From Chrysemys picta bellii (lineage: Eukaryota), in NCBI RefSeq assembly GCF_011386835.1, contig NC_088801.1:10168001-10232000 (forward strand): 64,000 nt of DNA, in the 5' to 3' direction. The notes under the pieces are model-generated. The model saw nothing but the letters and a program-made list of their open reading frames with translations. It did no database searches and was not told where the DNA came from. Within the stretch, counting starts at the first letter, position 1; every line of letters begins with the position of its first letter. The translations under genes and the position numbers were made by a program. Below, one piece after another: positions 24,888 through 37,614 of the stretch.

Positions 24888-25836
24888 GGGTAGGTCTATA
24901 CTTACCTCCGGGTCCAGCGGTAAGCAATCGATCTTCTGGGATCGATTTATCGCGTCTTGTCTATGTGTCTTTTTTTTTTATTATTATTAAACTGGTGTCC
25001 CTATGCCCGATGGCAGCCCGGGGGGCCGGGATGAGGCAGCAAAGGATAGCGAGATGCCCGGCCTGCCTCACAGTAGCAGAGAGTCACAGTTCCCCGCAGA
25101 GACCCCCGTAGCCTCTCCCTCACGCAGAATGGCCATGCAGAAGGTACCTAATTAAAAGCACTAAATTTAGGAATAAAAAATGTCAGTCATTTTTGATATA
25201 CCCTGAAGTTTGTCAGAGATTTATTTGCAAAAACTTTGTAGTAAGGGCGAGTCAGCTGTCCTGCTGAATACAACATTAAATATGATGGAACACATGATGC
25301 AGCTCTTCTCTGTTTAACATTTTCTTAATCAGTATTTCTAAGCTGATTTTATATTTTAAATGTACTCTTAAGCCTTCATAAAGTCATCATTCCCGATTAC
25401 TACATATTTAACTCACTGAAACAAAGACATTATTTTAAATTAATCAGTCACAGAGGTTTAGTGTGTTCATAACAATGTGCATTGCCTTTAGAAAAAGGGA
25501 ATACTAATTATGTTTATGAAATTTCACCAACTTTAAAAAAATGTTTCCAAAGATTTTAGGTATAGCAAAGGATTTTATATCTTACTAAGGTACTGATTTT
25601 GCTGGAGGGTTCTCTTAAAACTAGTTAATCAGATAGTCAGAAGTAAAGAAAGGGAAACTTGTTTGTCCAACTATCTGGCAGGAAAGGGGTGTTGCCTCTT
25701 TAAGGGCTCTCTTCAAACGGGGGGGCCGGGGGACGAAGGGAGAAAGGGATGGACAGAAAGGTCCTGTAGACTAACATGTTCTGAGTAAATATTACAGTAA
25801 TACACAACTGTTTTTGTCAGTTAATTCAGAAACTGA

Positions 25837-26047
25837 GGCCTTGGCTACACTTGCGGATTCACAGCGCTGCGAGAGCTGTCTCGCAGCGCTGCAAGTACTC
25901 CACCTCTCCGAGCGAGCGTGCAGCGCTGCAGGCGCTGATTACACTGGCGCTTTACAGCGCTGCACTCGCTGCGCTCAGGGGGGGTGTTTTTTCACACCCC
26001 TGAGTGCAGCAAGCGCAGCGCTGTGAATTGCCAGTGTAGCCAAGGCC
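25837..26047. mobile_element. PIF/Harbinger-type MITE
   Basis: Perfect 15-bp TIR GGCCTTGGCTACACT / AGTGTAGCCAAGGCC; TNA flanks (TGA/TAA). Confidence 0.85.
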
Positions 26048-26789
26048 TAAGACAATAGAAGGAGGAGTTTTTCTGCTGGTATAGGAACATCATCTCCTTG
26101 AATGACATTAGCAATGCCAACAGAAGCACTCTTCTGTCAGCATAGCTGCATCTACATGGAGGACGTTGTCAACATAGCTCTGTTGCTAGGGTTTGTGTGT
26201 TTTTTTTTCACTCTACCGGTAAAAGTTTTAGGTGTAGACCAAGCCTCATTTTCAGCGTCCCGTAAAACAAAATAACATTGATTGCCGGTGATATGAATTT
26301 TTCCCCATTTCTGTCTGCTAATCTCTGTTGGTCATTAATGATGTAAATATCTTTGCAATGCTTTTGGTAAGTTGTGTGCTAAGCCCATTGCCTGATACAA
26401 GTTTTCTTACTGGTTCTAAGTAAATCACTTAGCTTATGTAAAGCATGGGGTTGGTCACATGCTCAGGATAAGTAGGTGCAGGACTGTGGAAAAATCAAAG
26501 CATCTCATTGTACTAGCAGCACGGGAGTCCAGTCCCACATTTTCCATCCTGTTTTTATTACTGATCTAGCTCGTTGGCTGCTGGAGTTCCCACTGCAAAC
26601 CTGTGCATTGGTGAAGACCATAACCTTCTGTTGGAGGGATGCCTGATGATACACCAGAAAAGCAGCTAGGGCCTGATGCAATGCTCACTGAAGTCAGTGG
26701 GAGTCTTTCCATTGACTTCAGTGAGCACTGGATCCGACTCATAATAATCAAGAGATTTCAAATGGACATTTAGGTCTAGTGAGTGACTC

Positions 26790-26900
26790 ACTGGGTGACT
26801 GTGGGTAAGTCAACTCTCTCTCTGTGCTTCAGTCTCCTCATCTGTGAAATGGGGCTAATAGTACCCACCTCACGGGAGACCAAATTAATGATCCGCTGTA
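26790..26900 (+). mobile_element. MIR/CORE SINE fragment
   Basis: ctctgtgcttcagtctcctcatctgtgaaatggggctaatagtacccacctcac. Confidence 0.7.
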
Positions 26901-28504
26901 TATGCTCTGCGACCCTCAAATGAAAGGCTCTACTGTGCAGGCATGTAAGGTATTGTGACGATTAAAGATCAGGAGATGGACCTGCAGTATTATAGAGTCA
27001 GCATAAGCATCCAAAAGTGGGGACAGGAGACCTTTCCTCACAGCTGTGCCAGCAGCTAGGGGTGCTGCATCCCCACCAATGCAGTGTATCTTGCACAGAG
27101 GCTGCCAGATTCTGACCGGGCCACCTTCTCAGTTGATGCATTGAAGTCAACCTATGCTGGTCTGCTGCACAGGAGAAGATGCGTTCTTACTGATGATTAA
27201 GGTGCAGGGGGTAAAGCCAGGAATAAATTGGTGGGGCTTCCCTTTATGATCAAAAGGTAGTTTTCCTGTGCTCATGTTGGACAAGTGTCTGGTTGTCCAT
27301 ATACAAGATGGTAATGGTCAGACCCAGGTGTCTCTAGACAGGGTAAAGTCATGGATCTTGGGGACGGAGGGACTGGAGTGCTTCAGGGGGTCTTGGTGGG
27401 TGTGGAAATGCAAGATGGGAAATTCCAGGAGGCATACAGGGCTTTATGGCAGGCAGTGTTGCGAGTGTGGGCAATTCAGCAGGGATATTTTTTGTGGAAC
27501 AGAGTTCCACAGAGTCCCTTGCAGAAGATTTAGGGGGAGGGGCATATAAAGACGAAGGGCATTGGGTGTCTATTGGTCCAATCCTGCAAGGAGCTGAGCA
27601 CCCTTAACTCCCATCGTCTTCAGTGGGAATCAAGGGATCACTGCACCGTGCAGGAGTCATTCAGCACCATGGGGAGCACATCAGGAGGCCTCCAGAATGA
27701 AGGGTTTCTACGGGGAGAGGGATTTAGGCCTTCTCTCAGGGGGAAATGGGGCAGTGAATTGGGGGGGTCCACTTGGGGCTGTCCTGGTGGAGCATGGGGG
27801 AGGGCTCTGTACGGAGGGAGCAAATTAAATGGTTCTACAGGGGAATGCAGGATTGCTGTGGGGAGCTGAATGCAGGGAAAATATCAAGTGTATCTATATG
27901 CGGAGAGGGACTTATTTAATGGGGTACAGGAACCCATCAGGTCTGCGGTCTGAAAGGCAAAGGTGCAGCAGAGGTTGGTGCAGCAAGTATAACCCACAGG
28001 TAGCTTGTTAGAGAGACAAGGTGGATGAGGTAATAAATATCTTTTATGTTGTCACTGTGCTATCCATGGGGTACTTTTCTCCAGCCCACCATTTAGCTCT
28101 GGAAAGAATTTAATAAATCTGTTATTACTGAGACTGGCCTGAGATGCAAACTTTGCTCCTAAATCTGAGCTTCCACAGACTCCAGAGGTGTTTGGATCTG
28201 GCATTTGTTCTTGGGGTCATATCTTTGTGGCACACGGTTCTTTGTCGGGCTAGTTCATGCACGATAGCCGGGGGAGTGCCAAACAAACAATGCAAAGTGC
28301 TGAGAACCCAAATCCGTTAGTGATTTAGGATGAGCTACTACAACAGCTCTGTTGTTGTCATTCCTAGTATCATCCCCACCAGTGCAGAAATGGGCTTGAT
28401 TAGGGTTAACTTAACTGAATCAAACTCCAAACCCTGCGGTTGGAAGTCTTCCAGTCAACTCACAACAGCCACATAGCATGGTGTGAGACGAGGCGAGGAG
28501 GGAG

Positions 28505-28609
28505 ATGAACGCTTTTCAGAAAAACAAATCCAAGGAAACTCTGTTCACTTTTATTCCTGCAGGAGATGATCCCCCCAAAGGAGGTTTCTCGTCTCAGAAA
28601 AAATCCCCG
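28505..28609 (+). CDS. SLC15A2: SLC15A2 coding exon 1 (MNAFQKNKSKETLFTFIPAGDDPPKGGFSSQKKSP)
   Basis: ATG at 28505; 105 nt; donor GTGAGT at 28610; phase 0. Confidence 0.93.
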
Positions 28610-31335
28610 GTGAGTATTACATCGGGCTTCCTTTTTTTGCTTTCTGTTTTGTTCACTCCAAACCTCACAGGATCGCTCTGTTTCTTCCCCTGTTGTGCTG
28701 TGCCTGCAGACAGACACTCCTTCTTGCCTCGGATTGGAATGAGCATGAAAAACTCAAAACAAAATCCCCTCTGCTAACCGGATTAAATTAAGAAAGGGCA
28801 GCTTATGGGGGGAAATGAGCTGTCAGATTCTTTGGGAAATGCAGCTTTGATTCCTGCCTTTTTCCTGGAGGCTCCTTCTCTAGCAGGATGGTTCCTTTGA
28901 AGTGAAGACTTGGAAGGCAGGGAGGAGTGTAGGGGCTCCGGAGTGGGCCTATTTATTTGCACAGTTTGTTGTAAAGCCACTAAAGAGGCAGTTTCCAGAT
29001 GCTGCTGAGCAGTGAAACAGATGCGATGCTAGCACTGGCCATTGCCGCACATTCCAGTGCTCCCTCTCCAGAGTGAGAGGCTCCGGTTTAAATCTTCAGC
29101 TGAGATTTAAAGGCAGATCTAGCAAATCATTTTCTCGCCATGCAGCTTTGACATGTGTGCTGCCTCTCAGGCTAGTTCTCATCAAGCGATGGAGACCTAC
29201 GCATTTTGTCATGCTTCCACTGAGCCCAAAGTTTGCTTTTCCTGGACCTGACTTCTGGGGCCCATAAAAACGGCTGCTATTTTGTGCTTGTAAATGGGAA
29301 TATTTGCTTTTAAGTCTAGAGCCAATGGGAGTTAGGCACCTAAAACATACTTTTGAGAATCTGGGCCCTAAATCAATATACAGACACCTTCATATGGGGC
29401 CTGATTTTCAAAGGTGGCGAGAGTCTACTTCCTTGGGATTTGTGAGTGCTCAACACTTCTGCAAAACATGCCCTTCTCTCGGTAACAGATTCTCTGTATA
29501 CTTTGAGGAGCTCATTACTCCAAGAGCAGCAGCACTGATTTCAATGGGACTAGTTGCAGAGGCAAGTGCTACTTACTACTCAGTGTCAGTAAGTGTGGCA
29601 GAAGCTGGTCCTAAGTATGGATTCAGTTGTCTAATTTTAGATACCCAAGTTTGAAAGTTTTGCCCCAAGGCCACAGAGCAAGTCAGTGACAGAGCTGGGA
29701 CGACTCAGGATTTCTTAACTGTCAAGATTGTGTTTGTTTTTATGCTGCCTCCCCCTGCTTCCTAGATAACGCCACACGCTGATGCAACATCAGCTTGGGA
29801 AGATACCACCTCATTGGTTCCTCGCTACACAACATTGCCACATCATGATGCTGAAGCCAAAACTAAGGACCCGATACTGCAGACAATTGCTACACGCAGC
29901 GTTGTAGTTACAGCTGGGCGAAGTTTTTCAGATGAAACTTTTTTTCACTGAAAAATGCAGTCAGGGTGACCAAACCATTTTACAAATCCATGTCGAATTT
30001 GCCATTGTTTTGGTTGGAAGAAAAGATGATTTTTCCCCCCCTAAAAAATCAAAATGTTTTGTTTCATTTGAAATGTTTGTTTTGTTTGAAACAAAACATT
30101 TTGATTTCTTTGATGCACAATGACTTTTCCCATTGAAATTTACTTCAATTTTATTTTAAAAAATTAGAAAATGAAAAAATCCTCCAAAACGAAAGGAAAT
30201 GTTTTGCTTCAAGTCAAACAAAACACTGCATGCCCCAAAATGATTTTTTGATTTGCCAAAAACTTTATTTCTGGTTGACCTAAAGCAATTTCACCCTTCA
30301 CCTATTTTTTTCCAAATGACCAGAGAACCAAAAAGTCACAGCTCTGTTAGTGATCACTGATGTGAGAAGTGCAATTTGACTTTCAGTGGATAGTAATCAC
30401 TACATGTGGCAATAAGCATCTGTAGACTTGGGCCCTAAATTTGTAACTTTTTTAATTTTCTGCACGCCAGCCGCACAGGACTGTGAAAATCAGGAATCTC
30501 TTGCAAATTTTTGGATGGGCTGAAATGTTCATGTAGTCTACTTTTATTTCTGTTTGCACAAAAAGACAGAATTGCATACTTCCCTTTCTCTGCTTTTTCT
30601 TGATAATAAACCACTTGTTGGAGAAAGGCAGACATTACACTCTGGGGTGGGAACATGTGTGTGCCTGGGCGTGCATCCACACTTGCAATATTTACAAGTT
30701 TTTACGCTTTGGGGGTTAATTAACAAGGGGTGCTAGTGCAGAAATCTGAGGAATTAAGCCACCTTGTGTAGGATTTTGCTTACAAACTGTGTTCCAGACT
30801 TTATAGCTACAGAGTAAATAATAAATAATATTAATAACAATTGCTCAACCTGGACACATGGTCAGAAGGTTTCTGAAGAAACAGGTATGCTGGCTGAAGT
30901 CTTTATCCCATAGATAAGAGATGAAAAATGTGTTTGAAATGATGCACCAAAATATTTGTGTTTAGACAAATGGGGTTAAATTCTTGATGGTTTAATTTTT
31001 TATTCTTTTTTAGTTTCCTCATACTGTCTTTCATTGCTCTTGTACATTCCTGGCAAAAAAAAGTATTGTTAAACTGGTATTTGAGGTTAAAATATTCTGT
31101 CACTCCAGGAATTAAAATGAACCCAAATGCCTCAATATTTGGGCATGCTTGAATAAACATATCTATTTTGGCATCTGTATTTGTGTTTTGTGAACCATTT
31201 TTGAGGCTGAAAAAGAGGAGATCAGTATTTCCATCTTTTAGGAGCTAAAATCTACTGGGAAGACCAGACCTCATGTCATTTTGGCCTCATAATATGGCTC
31301 TTTAAGAAATTAAAAACACAAACACCACCCATGAG

Positions 31336-31820
31336 TAGGCTATGATTTAGTCATGGCTATTTTTAGTAAAAGTCATGGACAGGTCATGGGCAATAAACAA
31401 AAATGCACAGCCCGTGACCTGTCCATGATTTTTACTAAAAATACCTGTGACTAAATCTTGAGGGGATGCCTGGGGCCATCGGCACTAGCTGCCGGGGCCA
31501 GCAGACTGCAGCTTCTCCAGCCGGCCGCCCGGGGACCACTGCTGGGCCAGTGGACTGCAGCTTCTCCAGCCGGCTGCCCGGGAACCGCTGCAGGGGCCAG
31601 CAGACCACGGCTGCTCCGGCCGCCCTGGGACTGCTGCCAGAGGCCGCCCGAGCAGTGGCTGGTGTGGCTGTCCCTGGGGCCACCTGAGCATCTGGCCCTG
31701 GAGCCAGCTGCTTGGGCGGCCCTGGGGTCAGTCACACTGGCCACTGCAGAAATCACGGAGGTCGAGGAAAGTCACGGAATCCATGACTTCCACAACCTCA
31801 GTGACAGACACTGAGCCCTA
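31336..31820. mobile_element. Non-autonomous hAT-like element with GC-rich internal repeats
   Basis: Ends TAGGCT...AGCCCTA; 8-bp TSD CCCATGAG / CCCACGAG; internal repeated unit ctgcagcttctccagccggc(c/t)gcccggg. Confidence 0.7.
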
Positions 31821-31831
31821 CCCACGAGTCA

Positions 31832-32413
31832 GGCCATGTTTGCACTACAAACTTTGGCTGATACAAGTTATGTTGGCATAAAGTCACTGCAGTTAATATG
31901 TCACTCGTGCATGACTACTTGGCTTCTACAGGTACTCACCAGGAATACTTGTGTCTCTGCATAGTGCGGTGCACCTTGGGTAGGTATCCCAGTGTGCAAT
32001 TTGCCACTGCACTGTCTTTGGGGAAGTTTTGGGAATGCATGGTAGTGCAGAAACGAATCATGCAGAGATAATTGGGAGCAAGGGAGCAAGTTCTCAGCAT
32101 GCAATTTTCTCCATCCCATTATGTCATCCATACCCCATCATTTTCACGCCTTTATAAAAATCCGACGATCTCACACAGCCCTCCTTGCTGTCTGCCATCT
32201 CTGACAGTAGTCTGGAACCTGCAAAGCTCTGCACTATTGTCACAAGTATTTGCAAGCACCAGATCCTCAAGGCCATTTGGGGAGTTGGTGTTAGTGCGTG
32301 GCCATAATGGGGTGCTTACACTGGTGGGATTAAAATTAAAGTGTAGACACGTGCACAACGAGGTCGACGCAAGGTGACTTATGTCCATCTAACTTTGCAA
32401 TGTAGACCCAGCC
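31832..32413. mobile_element. Older Harbinger-type non-autonomous element
   Basis: Ends GGCCATGTTTGCACT / TGTAGACCCAGCC with an internal AGTGTAGAC motif; flanks TCA/TCT. Confidence 0.55.
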
Positions 32414-33264
32414 TCTGGGTGTAATGAGTCCCTCTCTCTTACTACCTGGGGCTGTCCCTAATTGGTATGGGATAGGCCGTGTTCTGAAGAGGCACATCCC
32501 CTGTTGTGAGGAAGCGAGGCTAAGCAGGCGATGCATGGACAAAGAGCATATAGAAGGAATGACTGAGGCACACTCTGTGGTCCTGTCAAGACTCATTTGT
32601 GTTTAAATAAAATCCCTTGAGGTTTTACTCTGAGAGGGTAAAGCTAGCCTCGGTTAGGTGAGATTCAGTGAAATAGCAGCCAAGCTCAGAGGAATTATAC
32701 ACCAGTCATTGTATTTAAAAAAAAAATAATCTACTGATACCACAACATTGCTCTGTTTTTGGAATAAGAGAGAGAGGCAGTTACTCTGTGATAAAGGCAG
32801 GTTAAGTACTGACTCCAGCCACAGTCGGAGTAAACTAGAGACAGAATCTGGGGCAAGAGGGGTGCAGAACTGGTGAGTGGGCAGAACTGAATTGACCGGG
32901 GAAGGGAGTGCTGAATAGATGAATTGGGCCGGGGGATACAGATTGGCAAAATTGGAAGGAGCTGGTCTTCTCCCTCATTGTAAAGCTGGTGGGACAGTTC
33001 CATGTGCCTGGGGCAAGAGAGCCTGGTGGGAGATGGCGGAGCGCTGCTGTGAGAGCCCAGAGGGCAGCCACGGCAATAGAGAGTGATGGAACTGCTAAGA
33101 CGAATCCTCAGTGGAAAAAGCAGCACCGGGTGGGGAGCGACAGTGGGTGTCCTGCTCAGAAGGCCTCAGCAGAAGGAGCCGTAACCTGTGGGGAGAGAAG
33201 GGGACTCACTGGAGGGAATCCCAGCCGCAGCAGGAGTAGCAGATGAACCCTGACTCCTGCTCAT

Positions 33265-34026
33265 TGATGGAGCTGTAAAAAGTCCGGTCAGCGGCGCACC
33301 AGGGCTAAGGCAGGCTCCCGGAAGCAGCAGCATGTCCCCCATCCGTCTCCTAATCATAGGGACAGCCAGGGGGCTCCGCACGCTGCCCACCACCCCAAGC
33401 ACGCAGCTCCGCAGCTCCCATTGGCCAGGAACAGCAAGCAATGGGAGCTGCAGGGGCAGTGTCTGTGGACGGGGTAGCACACAGAGCCGCCTGGCCACGC
33501 CTCCGCATAGGAGCCAGAGGGGGACATGCTGCTGCATCTGGGAGCTGCTTGAGGTAAGTGCTGCCCGGAGCCTGCGCCCCAACCCCCTGCCCCAGCCCTG
33601 ATCCCCATCCTACCCTCTGAAACCCCACATCCCCAGCCCCACCCCAGAGTCTGCACCCCCAGCGGAAGCCTTCCCCACTCGCACTCCACTCCCCTGCCCC
33701 AACCCCCTGCCTCAGCCCGGAGCCCCTTCCCATACTCCAAACCCCTCAGCTCCATCCCCCAGCCTGGAGCCTCCTCCTACACCCTAAACCCCTCATCCCT
33801 GGCCCCACCCTGGAGCCTGCACCCCTAGTCAGAGCCCTCACCCCCTCCCACACCCCAACCCCTTGAGCCAGCCCGGTGAAAATGAGCAAGTGATAGAGGG
33901 TGGGGAGAGTGAGCGACAGAGGGAGGGGGGATGGAGTGAGCAGGGGGTGGGGCCTCAGAGAAGGGGTGGGGTAAGGGGCAGGGCAAGGGTGTTCAGTTTT
34001 GTGCAAGTAGAAAGTTGGTAACCCTA
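33265..34026 (-). mobile_element. Truncated hAT (Blackjack/Tip100-like) element with C-rich internal tracts
   Basis: Right end TTGGTAACCCTA, similar to the TIR of 12011-12822; internal cccctgcccca repeats; left TIR not found. Confidence 0.6.
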
Positions 34027-34288
34027 GGCGACCCACCTAGGAGAACCTTGACTGCAGCAGTAACCATGGCTGGCAGGCAGCAGCCCGTCCTCGGTGCCTG
34101 ATTTTCACCAGTGTGCCAGACCTACAAGGCTGGGATGTGGATGTTGATCTCCTTGGAATTTGGGGTGTTTGGCTGTGGGGTTTTGCATTAGACCCATCTC
34201 TGACATCAACTGCACATAGCCTATGGGAAGACGTTGCTGGGACCAATGCTTTTCACAAAGCCAGCATGTTCCTATTTGTTTCCCATAG

Positions 34289-34376
34289 AAACTATGTGGC
34301 ACCAACTACCCACTCAGCATTGCCTTCATCGTGGTGAACGAGTTCTGCGAGCGCTTCTCCTACTATGGCATGAAAG
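34289..34376 (+). CDS. SLC15A2: SLC15A2 exon 2 (KLCGTNYPLSIAFIVVNEFCERFSYYGMK)
   Basis: Acceptor tttcccatag, donor GTACAG; 88 nt; carries the ExxERF proton-coupling motif. Confidence 0.97.
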
Positions 34377-36016
34377 GTACAGGGTGTATCTAATAACCCT
34401 GCTTTGCTTTGCTTGGCAGGGCCCCCCTCACTCTGGTCTGTTGTCTTCAAATATACGCCCCTATATTGCACATTGACTCAGAGAGAGTTCTTCAAAGTAT
34501 CAGTTTAGCTAATTTAAACCTGATGTGCATCCTGGGTCAGGTTTTTCCATGGCTTCTAATTTTGTCCACAGACTCTGGTTTGTGTGTGCACTTATTGCAT
34601 TTACACGAGCAATGTGGGAAACTATGTGGGCAAGGGCATGCTCACCCAAAACTTGCTCGTGTAAAATCAGAGGCTAGGATCAGGCTGGCGGAAAAATATG
34701 TCCCTTTATGCACTCTGGACATCGATACACACAAATAGAGGGGGCCTGAAACCAGACTAGCCTGTCAGAACCCCTTCCAATTTCAGTGGGTGGGAGAGTC
34801 AGATTTGAAACCACGGATCCACATTTGCACCTACAGGTTTGGTTTCAGATCAGATGCCAAACTGGGAAGGGGGCTTCTATCTGACATAGCTGGAATCTCC
34901 CCATGAGGTTGCAGTCTCAGAGATTCACTTGGTCTTGCTAGATTTTCATCATTCAATATCAGCTGATTTCAGGACAGCTTTGCCATATGGGATCAACCAT
35001 TTGCAGATTTGTGGACAATAATGAATTCTAATCCAAATCTTAATCCTTGATACGGTAGCAAAATGAGCCCTAGTCTTAACCTGATCCGAACACTGCCTCC
35101 TCGTGTCACCTTTGCTTACAGGGTGCAGCACAATCTTTGGCAGCCCCTGTTCCAGCCCATAGGCTGGTGAAGCAGTTGCTTCTGTTCCACATGCCTCTGT
35201 AGGTTTCTAAGCAACTGCATCTGTAAAAACACAAATCCTGTAGCCCTGCCCTGGTCTCCCTTGAAACTGACCTTGCACAGTGGTTGCTGCACAGGATAAT
35301 GTGGAGATCTACCACATGGCTATTCCACCCTAACTGCCCACCATGCTACCCTTTCCTTGTGGTTTTAAACCTCCTGGCTGTCCTTATGCCAGCCTTACCC
35401 AAAAGGAATGAATATCACCCTTACTGAATACGTTCAGGTGTCCTTGTATAAGACAAAGCCCCAGCTGAACTCAGGATCAGCCTCATAAAAGAGAACAGGC
35501 CCATTACAGGTCACCTCACTGTCCCCATGTAACTACTGAACTGCTGTGGACCATTGACACTCAGGGCACGTGTCCTCAGGCAGAGGGGGAGTGAGTGTAC
35601 TGCACACTGGAAGAATGTGGGTCCTTGTCCCCCTCTAAAAGCTGGACTATGTTAAGGAGTTTATAAGTCTGCTTCTGTGTCCAAGATGATGACTTGTTCC
35701 TTTAGCTCATGTAAGAGGGGCTCATGATATTAAATATGGAGGTCCTGGATTTGATCCTAGCTAGGGGCCCTATTACTATAGTATGAAAAGGATCTAATGA
35801 GAAGTGTAATGATACCTGACCGCAAGTCAGGCGGGGAAAGAAAAGTCACAAAGGCGAGTCCAAGACTTTTAATTCTTTCCATGCCATTGTGTGCATCAAA
35901 GTCTTATACAAACAATTCAGTTGATCTTAGTCCCAGTGATTTAACCCACCTTGTTCACCTGCCTGGTTGTGTGTATGGATTATCTGACCTGTTTTGTTTG
36001 TTTCCTTTTTTTCAAG

Positions 36017-36158
36017 CCGTGCTGACTTTGTATTTTCTCAATTTCCTCCACTGGGATGAGAACTTATCCACCACCATGTACCATGCCTTTTCAGGCCTGT
36101 GTTATTTCACACCTGTCATTGGAGCTCTCATCGCCGACACATGGCTGGGAAAATTCAA
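36017..36158 (+). CDS. SLC15A2: SLC15A2 exon 3 (AVLTLYFLNFLHWDENLSTTMYHAFSGLCYFTPVIGALIADTWLGKFK)
   Basis: Acceptor ttttttcaag, donor GTAAGG; 142 nt; PTR2 signature GALIADTWLGK. Confidence 0.97.
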
Positions 36159-36586
36159 GTAAGGAAGGAAACCTCTTTAGTTCAAATATACTAACCGCCA
36201 GCTTTTCCCCTCCAATAATGAGTGAACTGCTGATATGCTTGCTGAAGCCTATCGTTTTCGGGGCCGCCATAAAAGAAGTGCTTCAGCACTCGTACGTGGG
36301 GAATCATGATGTGTGTATTGTGGTGGCACAATATTGTGGTGATGAGGCACAGGATTCCAAGATACCTCATGAGGCTCAAGGTACCTGTAGAGCACGGTGG
36401 TAGGCATGGTATAAAAACCAAGAGAGAGAAGATGCTGGAGCACTACTTTTAATAATGCTCTGTATTTCTCTTCCATCTGAGGCTCAATAAATGATTTACA
36501 ATGATTAACAAATTAAACCCCATAAGTCCCCTTTGAGTTAGGCAACCATTATTTCGCCAATTTACAGATGAGGAATCTGAGGTACA

Positions 36587-36974
36587 TTTGCAAACTTAAC
36601 ACCATCAAATTAGGCCTGAATAAAGTCTGGGAATGGCTGGGTCACTACAAGGCGTAATCTCCCATCAGCTGTTGAGTATGGGCCATCCACCCTGATGGAA
36701 TTGGCATCGTTAGCACTACAAAAAATAATTTTTACTCTGTTGACATTCACACCTTCTTGTCGACTGTTGGGAATGGGACACATCCACCCTGACTGAATCA
36801 TTGACTTCCTCCCCCATCCCCCGCTTGGTAAGGTAACTCCCATCTTTTCTTGTGCTGTATATTTATGCCTGCCTACTGTAATTTTCACTCCATACATCTG
36901 AAGAAGTGGGTCATAGCACACAAAAGCTTATGCTCTAATAAATTTGTTAGTCTTTAAGGTGCCACAAGACTCCT
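36587..36974 (+). mobile_element. Penelope-like element fragment inserted in a MIR (SLC15A2 intron 3)
   Basis: Begins with GIY-YIG C-terminus ICKLNTIKLGLNKVWEWLGHYK, then pLTR ending aaggtgccacaagactcct; splits the MIR core gaggaatctgaggtaca|gagattaacatgtgacttgccc. Confidence 0.8.
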
Positions 36975-37614
36975 AGAGATTAACATGTGACTTGCCCAAA
37001 GTTAGTGGCAGAGGTGGAGATAAGGATCCAGGAATCCTGCTTCCCAGTCTTGTGTTCTGATGTCTAGACCATATTGTCTTCTTAAAAACAACATGAAGAT
37101 CTCCCTTCTTTCCAGAACTGAGCATGGACTTCCCGCTTCATGCTGTCCTAGAAACAAGGGTCTGAACAAGAGAAAAACAATTTGGATCCCTCTTCCTGCT
37201 AGCATGTTCCCAATAGGCCGCCAACATCCTCTTCCCTTCAAACAAATAAAGTAACACTGGAGGTTTTATTTTGCAGGTTGGTTACTCAAGTTTAACAGCT
37301 GAGTTCACTGATATACAAGGGTGTCGGTGACCTGAAGGATATAAACCCTCAAGCAGAGCTCTTAACTACTAGGAGTTCAGAGGAAACTTTCCCTGGGGCA
37401 GTTATGCCCCAACTGCTTATTGCAGGGTTATTGCCTAAGCAGCTGATACTGGCCACTGATGAAGACAGGCTGCTGGACTAGATGGGGTCTGATCCCATCT
37501 GGCAATTCTTACATTCCTAGGAATCAGCTGAGTCAGTTGGGATTTGAACTCATTTAGGGCTGCTCTGCTTCCCAACTTCTGCTGTGACCATTGGATCACA
37601 AGTTATCTTCTGGA

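Noticed and set aside
1-28400. Exons of the usual neighbours of SLC15A2 (EAF2/IQCB1 side in mammals)
   Set aside because: I could not find any recognisable peptide of these genes in the ORF track or by reading
28400-28416. GGTTAACTTAACT as an HNF1 site in the promoter
   Set aside because: Half-site spacing does not fit GTTAATNATTAAC
31435-31814. Multiple overlapping ORFs
   Set aside because: GC-rich interior of the TSD-flanked element 31336-31820
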